This document shows positions 18,409 to 27,862 of a DNA stretch of 64,000 bases, one piece after another. The position numbers and the translations under genes were made by a program. This stretch comes from Planctomycetota bacterium. Its GTDB lineage: Bacteria > Planctomycetota > GCA-002687715 > CAIWVZ01. The stretch is from the NCBI GenBank assembly GCA_044222185.1, contig JBGANV010000007.1, forward strand, positions 243,022 through 307,021, written 5' to 3'. Each line of letters opens with the position of its first letter. Positions within the stretch are counted from its first letter, which is position 1. The notes below the pieces were generated by a model, which did no database searches, had not been told where the DNA came from, and saw nothing but the letters and a program-made list of their open reading frames with translations.

Positions 18409-21054
18409 TCAGGGGCAGTTCGGTGCCGTGTCGTAGTTGATCGTGATGTCGTTCACGCTCGGCAGCGTCGCATTCGACGGGGTCGCGGGCGGAGCCGGGT
18501 AGCTCACGTGCACGCGGAAGCGGATGAACGGATACCCGTCGAGCTCGTTGATGCTCGCTGCGAGGATCGGTCCACCACCGGTCGCCGTCGACTTGATCGT
18601 GCCCGAGTCGAAGATGCGGTTCTGCGGCGTGCTGTTGACGGCCTCGAAAGCACCTTCATAGGAGATCTGCAGCGCGGCGTTCGGCGCGTTGCCGACGCTG
18701 AAGGTCTCGACGACCGAGGTGAAGTCCGGCGCGCCGTAGCCCGTGTAGAAGAAGTTCGACAACGCGTCACCGTTGACGCCGTTGGCGTACTGGAAGGTCG
18801 GCGTGCTGATGACGCCGCCGGTCGCCGGGACGACGAGGAATCCCGTCGGAATCGGGCCGCTCGCGGCCTCGATCTGCAACAGCCCCTTGCCGCCGCCGCC
18901 AGACGCCTGGTTCGAGCATCCCTGCTGGTTGATGCCTGCACCCACTCGGCCCGGCCCGTCGATGTTCATCGTGGCGGTCGCCGCGATGGTGACGGTCGAG
19001 AACGACTGGATCCAGATCTCGCCGCCAGAGCCGGAGCCGCCGGCACCCGAGAGCGTCGAGCCGAGTGCGCCCTGCACACCCGAGCAACGGATGAGGCTGC
19101 CAGCGCCCTGCGTGTAGCTTCCGACGCAGGAGATGCGAATGCCGCCACCGCCACCACCGCCGCCACCGCCCTGGTCGTCGGTCTGCGGGATCGTGCCGGT
19201 CGTCTCGAGGTGGTCACCACCACCGCCGCCACCAGAGCCGGCCGACGGCGTGTTGATGGGCGGAACCATGATCGCGGGTACCGCCGACGCGATGGCGACG
19301 GGCGGGATCACGGGGCTGACGGTGCCGCAGATGGCGCTGTTGGCGCGCGGGCGGCCGTCTTCGCCTGCCGTGCCCGCGGTGCCACCGGCGCCACCGAGGC
19401 CGCCGATGTCACCAGCCGTGCATCCGGCGACGACCGGGAAGCAGCCGCCACGGCCACCGGGACCGCCCGCATAGAACGCGTTGCCCGGCGTGCCTGTATT
19501 GGATGCGCCCGTCAGGAGGCGGGGTCCGTAACCGTTCTCGCCCGAGGTCGCGCGAGCGTTGCACGCGCCGGGCGAACCGTCACCGCCGTCACCGGCACCG
19601 GCGTTTCCGACGCCACCCTTGGCGACGCATGTCAGACCACCGCCGTTGTTCTGGGCGCCTGCGCGCGGGCCCTGATTCGGATCGCCGATCGGCGTCGGAG
19701 CCTGGAGGGTTCCGCCCTGCGCATCCAGCGTCCCGTTGATCACGATGTTGCCCGTGCACCGGATGTGGGCGCGGTACGGGCCGACGACGCGGAGGGTCAC
19801 GCCGGCCGGGATGTTCACGTTCGTGTAGTTGAAGAAGCCCTGGCGCGTCGTGGGCGAGTTCGTGTCCAGGTTGGCGTTGGCCGCGGGCGTCAACGGCGGA
19901 TCCGAACCGTCACCCGTGAGGGCGAGGGGGAACGTCGTCGAGAGCTGGCCGGTGCCGTCCCAGTGGAGTTCGCCCGTCGCGGTCGTGCGGTTGGCGAAGG
20001 TGTCGAAGTTCTCGACGATGGGCGCGTGCGGCGCGAACGTCACGGGGTTCGTGGCGAAGAACAGCTGGGCCGTCGGGTTCCCCGCCGCGAGCTGGACCGG
20101 ATTCCCGCCGAAGTCCTTCACCGCGCTCGTCACGACGAGCTGGTAGGTCCGGCTGCCGAGCAGCGGGCTCGACGCGATGTAGTCGACGCGCGACTGCGTC
20201 GCGAGCGAGGGGATGCTGCCTGCCTGAAAGAACTGGATGGCGCCCGGCACCTGCGCGCCGGTGGCCGCGTCCACGATCTTGATGTTCGAAAGGCTGATGC
20301 CCGTCGGGTTCAGCGGCTCGCTGAACAGGATCGTGACGGTGTTGCCGCTGACGGAGCACGGGTCGATCGCCGCGGGCGCCGGGTTGCCCATGGAAGGCGA
20401 CGTGAAGGCGACGAACGGTGCCCCCGCGACCGGGTCGACGAAGGACGGGCACGAAGCCGTGCTCGTCGGGCAGTCGCACGTCGTGAAGCACGTGATGGCC
20501 TCGTTCGCGATCGACTGGCCGTTCACGACGAGGACGTTCTGGGACGTACCACCGCGCGGGATCGAGATCTGATAGGTCGACACGGACGTCATGCCGGCGA
20601 CGCACGGGGCCGCAGGGCTGGCCGGCGGCGTGGGCGTGAACGTGACGCGCCGGCGGTTGCCCACCGGGAGCGTCGGATCATCGACCACCGAGAACGCGCC
20701 GACGGCGGGCACCGTGATGTTGTTGCCGCCTGAGGATGTGACCGTCGTGATGTTGATCGAGCCGATGGCGGTCCCCGTCTGTGGGAGGCTGCCTGCATCG
20801 ACGGAGCCGGCGAAGTCGAAGATGATCGTCGAGTTGACCGCCACGCCCGTCGGGCAAACCGGCGGGGGAGTTGGACTGGCGTTGACGGCCGTCCAGATCG
20901 GAGTCCCCACGCCCTGTACCGAGATCTGGCTGATCGATGCCGCTGCCGGGGCGCTGTCTCCGCCGCCCCCTCCACCGCCACAACCGGAGAGGGTCAACGT
21001 TGCGCACACCACGGTCGCGAGCGTCAGCCCGCAAAGATCACGAAGCAACCTCAT
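18409..21054 (-). CDS. Gly/Cys-rich surface lipoprotein with Ig-like domains, paralog A
   Basis: AAAGGAG RBS, lipobox LSGC followed by poly-Gly, ILFSEPLNP. The 1204-aa track ORF is over-extended at its 5' end. Confidence 0.87.
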   Translation of the reverse strand: MRLLRDLCGLTLATVVCATLTLSGCGGGGGGGDSAPAAASISQISVQGVGTPIWTAVNASPTPPPVCPTGVAVNSTIIFDFAGSVDAGSLPQTGTAIGSINITTVTSSGGNNITVPAVGAFSVVDDPTLPVGNRRRVTFTPTPPASPAAPCVAGMTSVSTYQISIPRGGTSQNVLVVNGQSIANEAITCFTTCDCPTSTASCPSFVDPVAGAPFVAFTSPSMGNPAPAAIDPCSVSGNTVTILFSEPLNPTGISLSNIKIVDAATGAQVPGAIQFFQAGSIPSLATQSRVDYIASSPLLGSRTYQLVVTSAVKDFGGNPVQLAAGNPTAQLFFATNPVTFAPHAPIVENFDTFANRTTATGELHWDGTGQLSTTFPLALTGDGSDPPLTPAANANLDTNSPTTRQGFFNYTNVNIPAGVTLRVVGPYRAHIRCTGNIVINGTLDAQGGTLQAPTPIGDPNQGPRAGAQNNGGGLTCVAKGGVGNAGAGDGGDGSPGACNARATSGENGYGPRLLTGASNTGTPGNAFYAGGPGGRGGCFPVVAGCTAGDIGGLGGAGGTAGTAGEDGRPRANSAICGTVSPVIPPVAIASAVPAIMVPPINTPSAGSGGGGGGDHLETTGTIPQTDDQGGGGGGGGGGIRISCVGSYTQGAGSLIRCSGVQGALGSTLSGAGGSGSGGEIWIQSFSTVTIAATATMNIDGPGRVGAGINQQGCSNQASGGGGKGLLQIEAASGPIPTGFLVVPATGGVISTPTFQYANGVNGDALSNFFYTGYGAPDFTSVVETFSVGNAPNAALQISYEGAFEAVNSTPQNRIFDSGTIKSTATGGGPILAASINELDGYPFIRFRVHVSYPAPPATPSNATLPSVNDITINYDTAPNCP

Positions 21055-21159
21055 TGGCCCATCACTCCTTTGCTCGTCCCGGAGGAACTGGCGAGCTCGA
21101 ATCCAGGCGCCGGTTCCCTGCAGGTTGGAAACCCGTCGGTCGCGCTGGACACGATCTGT

Positions 21160-21175
21160 TGCAAACCCAGTGCCG
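21160..21175 (-). promoter_or_regulatory. Sigma54 -24/-12 promoter of paralog A
   Basis: Minus strand CGGCACTGGGTTTGCA, about 105 bp upstream of ATG. Confidence 0.72.
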
Positions 21176-21564
21176 TCATTGTCTGAAATGCCATGACGTC
21201 CCAAGCCGCGCAGCTGCATCACCTTCTGAACTTGTCCACACCGAACACACGGTGCGATTCCGCGAACTGTGCGAGCTTGCAACGTCCCGCCGGTCTCGAG
21301 ACAGACCGGCGACCTATTCCAGCCACCGCGACACACATCCCTGACGCGAGGGCGGGGCGGATCATAAGGCGGCGACCGAAATTGATCAACGTTCGTTGAG
21401 GGGGTTGGGCGAGCCGGGTCGCCCCTCTGGACGCCTGGCCGACCCGGCGGTGTCAACGCAGTTCCGGGAATGTGGCGAGCGAACACGGTCGGCGGCGGCG
21501 CCTCGCGGGCGGCCGAGCTTGGCGAGCCGTTCTCCCCGCCGTAGCCTTCCGGCTCAGTCGAGCC

Positions 21565-22299
21565 ATGGATTCTCCTCACGTCATCGAACCGGAGTCGGGC
21601 CAGCCTTGCTGCGGCCAGGAGGCCCCCCTCCTCATCGCCGTTCAGGTGTTTTCCACCGAGATTGAGCCCACTCTTCGACGTTGTGTGGAGGCCAGCGGGT
21701 GCCGCCTGTTCGCGGCCGTCGGGGGGGAGGCGGGTGCGTTCGTGGTCCAGGGAGTCCTGGCCCAGCTTCGGGGACTTCGGGATCGCCTCGCGCCGGTCCC
21801 CGCCCTGAAGCACGTCCGGGAGGCCGTCGCATGGGCGCTCGGCGACTCCGTCGCCTCGGATTCCATCGCCCAGGTCGGGGAGGAGCTCTACAAGCGGGGA
21901 GCCGTCGCCGAGGAGATGCGGGTCGAGCCGGGGACGACCATGGTCGTCTCGAAGGACTTCACCTTCGATGCTGCCCACAACCTGCCGCGCTACGTCGGGA
22001 AGTGCGAGCGGCTGCACGGCCATACCTTCCGCCTTCGAGTGAGCGTGAACGCGCCGTTGGACGGTTGGTCAGGGCTTGCGTTCGACTTCCACGCGTTGAA
22101 GCGGACCGTCTCCGAGCGGGTCGTGGCCGTCCTCGATCACTCCTACTTGAACGAGATCGTCCCCAACCCCAGCGCCGAGTTCCTCGCCATCTGGATCTGG
22201 AGGCGCCTCGCCGACCTCCCGCTGCATGAGATCACGGTGTGGGAAACCCCCACGTCCTTCGTCGTCTACCACGGCCCGCCCAAGTCCGTCGCGACCTGA
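21565..22299 (+). CDS. queD: 6-carboxytetrahydropterin synthase / PTPS with about 120-aa N-terminal extension
   Basis: FTFDAAH, KCERLHGH, LDHSYLN, NPSAE and VWETPTS. The start position is inferred. Confidence 0.85.
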   Translation: MDSPHVIEPESGQPCCGQEAPLLIAVQVFSTEIEPTLRRCVEASGCRLFAAVGGEAGAFVVQGVLAQLRGLRDRLAPVPALKHVREAVAWALGDSVASDSIAQVGEELYKRGAVAEEMRVEPGTTMVVSKDFTFDAAHNLPRYVGKCERLHGHTFRLRVSVNAPLDGWSGLAFDFHALKRTVSERVVAVLDHSYLNEIVPNPSAEFLAIWIWRRLADLPLHEITVWETPTSFVVYHGPPKSVAT

Positions 22300-22373
22300 C
22301 CCGAGCGCGCGTTGCCGAACTGGCGGACGCCGCGCACACTGTGGCGCGAATTCGGCCGAAGACGGAGAAACCC

Positions 22374-24473
22374 ATGCCCCGGAAACCCTTCCGGATGTTC
22401 GCGTCGTGCTTGTCCCTCGCCCTGGCGCTCGCATGCAGCAGCGACCACCCCGAGGATCGCAACCCGTCGACTCCAACACCCCAGGACGCGAGTGCCCGTT
22501 CCATGACCGACGACCGCAAGTACCTGGTGGATCGCGTCGAGGACGTGGGGATCGTCCAGGTCTACGCCGATGGATTCGAGCGGCTGACGACGAACGACCG
22601 GCTTCTGTGCTGGCACCTCTACGAGGCCGCGCTGGCCGGACGACCGATCTTCATCCAGCAGAAGTGCGCCGAGGGCCCGGCGATCCAGACCCTGTGCGAG
22701 GAGATCCTCACCCACGCCTCCGGCCTGGACCCGCAGTCGGTCGAGCACGTCCGCCATTACATGAAGCTCTTCTGGGTGAACAACGGGCCATACAACGCGG
22801 TCACCGCGCGCAAGAACCTCATGCCGGGCACGCCCGAGCGACTGCTGGCCGCAGCCCAGGGCGCTGAGAAGAACGGCGCCAATCTGGGGAAGGCCGAAGG
22901 CGAGACCACCGAGGATCTCGTGCTTCGTCTGCGTCCCATGCTGTTCGACGCGGGCTACAAGCCCATGGTGACGGCGAAGAACCCCGAGGGTGGACAGGAC
23001 ATCATCCAGGCGTCGGCGGTGAACTTCTACGGCCCGGGCGTGACGTTGAAGGATCTGGAGGGGCTGAAGGAGGAGTACGCGCTGAACTCGACGGTCGTGA
23101 AACAGCCGACTGCCGCCGGTGCGGCGCTGCGCGAGATTCCCTGGCGCTCGGGCGACCCCTCGGCGGGCAAGGCCCCGGGCCTGTACGCGGAGGAGATCGG
23201 TCGGATCGTGAGTCACCTGGAGGCCGCGCGGCCCTACGCCACGCCCGCCACCCGCAAGGCGCTCGACGCGCTCATCCGCTGGTACCGCACCGGTGAGGAC
23301 AAGGATCGCGAGGCCTACGACATCGCGTGGGTCGCCGACAAGGATTCGACGGTCGATACCGTGAACGGCTTCATCGAGGTCTACCTCGATCCACGCGGCA
23401 AGAAGGGCGCCTGGGAAGGCATCGTTTCCTACGAAGACCCGAAGAAGGCCGAGCTGATCAAGAAGATCGCCGAGAACGCCAAGTGGTTCGAAGATCACAT
23501 GCCCTACGACGCGGCGTTCAAGAAGGAGAACGTCACGGGCATCTCGGCGCGGTCCATCGACGTCGTGATCGAGACCGGTGACTCGGGCCCGGTGACCCCC
23601 ATCGGCATCAACCTCCCGAACGATCAGTCGGTGCGGGAGACGTACGGGTCCAAGAGCGTGAGCCTCGCCAACATCGTCGAGGCGTACGACAAGTCGGCCT
23701 CGCCGGCGGCGCGCTCGGAGTTCTGCTGGGACGAGGCCGAGGTCGAGCGCCAGGTCCGTCTCGGGTCGCTCACGGCCGACCTCACGACGAACATGCACGA
23801 GGTGATCGGCCACGCCTCGGGCCGGCAGGCGCCCGACAAGCAGGGCGACCCCGCGACCTGGATCCGCGAGTACTACTCGGCGCTGGAGGAGGCCCGCGCG
23901 GACCTCGTCGCGTTGTGGTTCATCGCCGATCCCAAGCTGAAGGAGCTGGGGCTCGTCGACGATCCGCAGGAAGCCGCGCGCACCGAGTACGAGTCCTACA
24001 CGCGCAACGGCGCCATGACGCAGCTGCGGCGGATGAAGCAGGGTGATCAGCTCGAAGAGGATCACATGCGCAACCGCCAGATGGTCGTCGGCTGGATCAT
24101 GGCGAACAGCAACGCCATCGAGAAACGCACGCGTGACGGCAAGACGTATCTCGTGGTCTCGGACGTGAACGCGTGGCGCGAGGCTGCCGGCAGGCTTCTC
24201 GCCCTCGTCCAGCGGCTGAAGAGCACGGGCGACTACGACGGCACGAAGAAGCTCTTCGATGCGTTCGGCGTCAAGTTCGATCCCAAACTGCGCGACGAGG
24301 TCATTGCACGCTATGCACAGCTCGACGTGCCGGCGTACACGGGATTCCTCATGCCGCGCCTTCAGCCCATGAAGGATGCGGCGGGCAAGACGGTCGACGT
24401 CAAGATCTCGTACCCGCTCTCGATCGAGCAGCAGATGCTCGAGTGGTCCGGACGCCGCAAGCCGCCGGAGTGA
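22374..24473 (+). CDS. Dipeptidyl-peptidase III (M49) lipoprotein
   Basis: Lipobox LALAC, NGFIEVYLDP, GINLPN, HEVIGH and EEARAD. Confidence 0.9.
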   Translation: MPRKPFRMFASCLSLALALACSSDHPEDRNPSTPTPQDASARSMTDDRKYLVDRVEDVGIVQVYADGFERLTTNDRLLCWHLYEAALAGRPIFIQQKCAEGPAIQTLCEEILTHASGLDPQSVEHVRHYMKLFWVNNGPYNAVTARKNLMPGTPERLLAAAQGAEKNGANLGKAEGETTEDLVLRLRPMLFDAGYKPMVTAKNPEGGQDIIQASAVNFYGPGVTLKDLEGLKEEYALNSTVVKQPTAAGAALREIPWRSGDPSAGKAPGLYAEEIGRIVSHLEAARPYATPATRKALDALIRWYRTGEDKDREAYDIAWVADKDSTVDTVNGFIEVYLDPRGKKGAWEGIVSYEDPKKAELIKKIAENAKWFEDHMPYDAAFKKENVTGISARSIDVVIETGDSGPVTPIGINLPNDQSVRETYGSKSVSLANIVEAYDKSASPAARSEFCWDEAEVERQVRLGSLTADLTTNMHEVIGHASGRQAPDKQGDPATWIREYYSALEEARADLVALWFIADPKLKELGLVDDPQEAARTEYESYTRNGAMTQLRRMKQGDQLEEDHMRNRQMVVGWIMANSNAIEKRTRDGKTYLVVSDVNAWREAAGRLLALVQRLKSTGDYDGTKKLFDAFGVKFDPKLRDEVIARYAQLDVPAYTGFLMPRLQPMKDAAGKTVDVKISYPLSIEQQMLEWSGRRKPPE

Positions 24474-24485
24474 TTCGAACCGCCC

Positions 24486-27068
24486 ATGCCCACGCCCGTC
24501 ATGCAGCAGTATCTGAGCGTCAAGGCTCAGCACAAAGACGGGCTTCTGCTCTTCCGCATGGGCGACTTCTTCGAGTTGTTCATGGAGGACGCGGAGAAGG
24601 CCTCACGCATCCTCGGCCTCACGCTCACCTCGCGCGACAAGGGTGAGAACCCGATCCCCATGGCGGGGATCCCGGCTCGCACGCTGGACAACTACGTGAG
24701 TCGCCTCGTGCGTCTGGGTGAGAAGGTCGTCATCTGCGATCAGGTGCAGAGCGCGAAGGAGGCGGACGGCATCATCGACCGCGCCGTCGTTCGGGTCGTG
24801 ACGGCCGGGACGCTCACGGAGGACTCGGCGCTTTCGGGGCGCGACAACAACTTCCTCTGCGGCGTCGTCATCGGGAAGACGACGTGCGGGGTCTCGTGGG
24901 TCGATCTCTCGACGGGGGCGTTCTTCGCAACGGAGGTCGGTCGCGACGCCCTGATCGACCTCCTGGAACGCGTCGACCCGGCGGAGCTCCTCCTTCCCGA
25001 CAGCTCCCGCGACGCGGGCTCGCCGTATGAATCCGTGCGGTCGCACTTCGGACGCCCCACGTCCACGATGTCCGACTGGATGTTCGACGCTGACGACGGC
25101 GCGCGCATTCTGCGGGAGCACTTCAAGGTCCGAACGCTCGAGGGCTACGGCGTCGGCGAACTGACCGTCGCGATCGGCGCCGCAGGTGGCGTGCTGCGGT
25201 ATCTCCAGGACACGCAGAAGAGCAAGGTCGAGCACGTCAACGCGATCCGGCGTCCCGACTTCGGCCGCCAGATGGTGCTGGATCGGGTCACGCGTGCGTC
25301 CCTCGAACTCGTTCGGACGTTGCGAGATGCCACGCGCGAGGGCAGTCTCCTCGGCGTGATCGATCGGACCCGCACGGCGGCGGGCGCGCGCCTCCTGAAG
25401 AACTGGGTGCTGGAGCCGCTCGCGGTCGTGGACGAGATCCGACACCGCCAGAACGGCGTCGCCGAGCTCGTGGGTGATGCTCAGCGCCTGCGTGGCGTCC
25501 GCGATCTCCTCGAGCGCGTGCACGACATCGAGCGGCTGATCGCGCGCCTTTCCTGCGGCCGCGGGACGGCGCGCGAGCTGGTGAGCCTCCGGCAGACGCT
25601 GGCGCTCCTGCCCGAGCTTCGTGCGAGCCTCGCCGGAGCGTCGTCCGAGATCGTGCGCCGGGCTGCTGCCGACCTGCCCGATCTCGCAGCGCTCGACGAT
25701 CTGCTCCAGCGCTCGCTCGTGGACGAGCCGCCGGTCACCGTGAAAGAGGGCGGAATGATCCGCACGGGCTTCAGCACGGAGGTCGACGAGCTCCAATCGC
25801 TGCGACGCGATGGGCAGTCGTGGATCGCGCGCTATCAGGCGGAGCAGATCGAGAAGACCGGGATCCCGACCCTGAAGGTCGCCTACAACCGGGTTTTCGG
25901 CTGGTACATCGAGATCACCAACGCACAGTCCGGGAAGGCTCCGCCGGAATACGCGCGCCGCCAGACCGTGAAGAACGCCGAGCGGTACACGACGCCGGCA
26001 CTGAAGGAGTTCGAGAACAAGGTCCTGCACGCCGAGGAGCGGATCGGCGAGATCGAGTACGAGATCTTCCTCGATCTGCGCAAGGCGGTCCTCGCCCGAG
26101 TTCCCGAGCTTCAGACGACGTCGGACACGCTCGCCCTCCTCGATTCGCTCCAAAGCCTCGCGACCATCGCACGCGAGTGGAATGGATGCCGCCCCGAGGT
26201 CCACGAGGGCATCGAGATCGACATCCGTGAAGGCCGGCATCCCGTGCTCGCGTCCCAGGTGGGCGGACCGGCGTTCGTCCCCAACGATCTGCTCTTCGGG
26301 CCCGACCGCAGGCTCATCGTGATCACGGGTCCGAACATGGCCGGAAAGAGCACCTACATCCGCCAGTCCGCGCTGCTCGTGTTGCTGGCGCAGATGGGGT
26401 CGTTCGTGCCGGCCGCCTCGGCGTCGATCGGAGTCGTCGACCGGATCTTCACGCGGGTTGGGGCCAGCGACGAACTGGCGCGCGGCAATTCGACGTTCAT
26501 GGTGGAGATGATCGAGACGGCGAACATCCTCCACCACGCCACCGAGAGAAGTCTGGTGATCCTGGACGAGGTGGGGCGCGGCACGTCGACGTTCGACGGG
26601 CTCGCGCTTGCGTGGGCCATCACCGAGCACCTGGGGCGGCGCGTGCGGTGTCGCGCGCTATTCGCGACGCATTATCACCAGCTGGTGGATCTGGGCGCCT
26701 CGCTTCCCGGTGCCGTCAACGCCAGCGTCGCCGTGCGCGAATGGGGCGAAGAGATCGTATTCCTCCATAAGATCATCGAGGGGGGCACGGATCGCTCCTA
26801 CGGCCTCCACGTGGCGCGCCTGGCCGGCCTTCCGCGCGATGTGATCGAGCGCGCCAAGGACGTTCTCGCGACGATCGAGGCGACGCCGGTCGCGCGTCCT
26901 GCCCCTGCCGCGCCCGGGGAAAAGAAGACCAAGGCGGTCGAACAGCTCTCGCTCTTCGACGCGCCCGAGGATCCCATCGTCACGGCGCTGCGTGGCACGG
27001 ACCCCGATCGCCTCACGCCATTCGATGCCCTCTGCCTGTTGCGGGAGTGGAAGAAGCGGCTCGATTGA
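24486..27068 (+). CDS. mutS: DNA mismatch repair protein MutS
   Basis: TPVMQQY, FRMGDFFELF, TGPNMAGKSTY, STFMVEM, DEVGRGTST, FATHY and SYGLHVA. Confidence 0.98.
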   Translation: MPTPVMQQYLSVKAQHKDGLLLFRMGDFFELFMEDAEKASRILGLTLTSRDKGENPIPMAGIPARTLDNYVSRLVRLGEKVVICDQVQSAKEADGIIDRAVVRVVTAGTLTEDSALSGRDNNFLCGVVIGKTTCGVSWVDLSTGAFFATEVGRDALIDLLERVDPAELLLPDSSRDAGSPYESVRSHFGRPTSTMSDWMFDADDGARILREHFKVRTLEGYGVGELTVAIGAAGGVLRYLQDTQKSKVEHVNAIRRPDFGRQMVLDRVTRASLELVRTLRDATREGSLLGVIDRTRTAAGARLLKNWVLEPLAVVDEIRHRQNGVAELVGDAQRLRGVRDLLERVHDIERLIARLSCGRGTARELVSLRQTLALLPELRASLAGASSEIVRRAAADLPDLAALDDLLQRSLVDEPPVTVKEGGMIRTGFSTEVDELQSLRRDGQSWIARYQAEQIEKTGIPTLKVAYNRVFGWYIEITNAQSGKAPPEYARRQTVKNAERYTTPALKEFENKVLHAEERIGEIEYEIFLDLRKAVLARVPELQTTSDTLALLDSLQSLATIAREWNGCRPEVHEGIEIDIREGRHPVLASQVGGPAFVPNDLLFGPDRRLIVITGPNMAGKSTYIRQSALLVLLAQMGSFVPAASASIGVVDRIFTRVGASDELARGNSTFMVEMIETANILHHATERSLVILDEVGRGTSTFDGLALAWAITEHLGRRVRCRALFATHYHQLVDLGASLPGAVNASVAVREWGEEIVFLHKIIEGGTDRSYGLHVARLAGLPRDVIERAKDVLATIEATPVARPAPAAPGEKKTKAVEQLSLFDAPEDPIVTALRGTDPDRLTPFDALCLLREWKKRLD

Positions 27069-27237
27069 GCGGCGCAGCGACTCGGGTGCAACGTCTCGCA
27101 GCCGGGCGCAGGCCGCACGCGGGTGTTCCGGCAACATTTGTCGTCGCCTGCGAATGCCCGCCCCAGTAGGATCTGGTCTCGGTTCGAACACCAGACCACG
27201 CAGCGTTGGATCGACACCTTCGAGGAGTCTCAAGCCG

Positions 27238-27594
27238 ATGAACTATCCCCCCTATCCTCCGGGTCAACAGCCGCCGGTGCCGCCGGGTTATCCGCCGCCG
27301 CCCCCGGGGTACCCGCCCTACGGGATGATGGAGCCGGCGCGGGGTGGCTTGATACTCGCGCTCGGGATTCTCGGGTTCATCCTGTGCCCGCTGTTCGGTC
27401 TCGCAGCGTGGCTGATGGGCAACACGGATCTGGACAAGATGAACCAGGGGCGGATGGACCCGAACGGTCGGTCGCTGACCGAGGCCGGGAAGGTCTGCGG
27501 AGTCGTCAGCACCCTGCTGATGGGACTCGGCCTCCTCGTGGTCCTCGTCTTCTTCGTCTTCGCCGCCGGCTCGGTCGCAACGCTACCCCGCTGA
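27238..27594 (+). CDS. DUF4190-like membrane protein
   Basis: GAGGAG RBS, Pro/Tyr-rich N-terminus, LILALGILG...AWLMG..DL...AGKVCG. Confidence 0.8.
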   Translation: MNYPPYPPGQQPPVPPGYPPPPPGYPPYGMMEPARGGLILALGILGFILCPLFGLAAWLMGNTDLDKMNQGRMDPNGRSLTEAGKVCGVVSTLLMGLGLLVVLVFFVFAAGSVATLPR

Positions 27595-27612
27595 CGCCGG
27601 GCCGGAGCGCCG

Positions 27613-27851
27613 GGCCACCGCCGTATCGGCGGTGGCCGGCCGGTTCGCCGCGCGTCCCGCGCGGTCCAACCGGTGCGGAACGAGGCTCGGTGCAAGATCA
27701 CTGATGCGCGTCCAGTGATCGAAGGTTGCCCCGCCGATCGACCCCGGCCGGCCCGGTCGTCCTCGCTTCGCTGCGGTAGACCGGCGATCCGGCCACTCGT
27801 CCTCGCTATCGCTGCGGTCGAGTGGCGCTCCTTCCGCTTCGCCGCGGTCGC
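27613..27851. repeat. Chain of inverted repeats between convergent genes, including three REP-like hairpins
   Basis: GGCCACCGCCG-tat-CGGCGGTGGCC and GATCACTG..CAGTGATC, then hairpins sharing the core GTCCTCGCT(A)TCGCTGCGGT. Confidence 0.65.
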
Positions 27852-27862
27852 CGAATCATCGG

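Noticed and set aside
21200-21564. preQ1 riboswitch upstream of queD (and Moco/TPP riboswitch upstream of moeB)
   Set aside because: No recognisable consensus elements by eye. An Rfam scan would be decisive.
21055-22023. 5' extension of the 1204-aa ORF overlapping queD
   Set aside because: The RBS, lipoprotein signal and sigma54 promoter all place the start at 21054.
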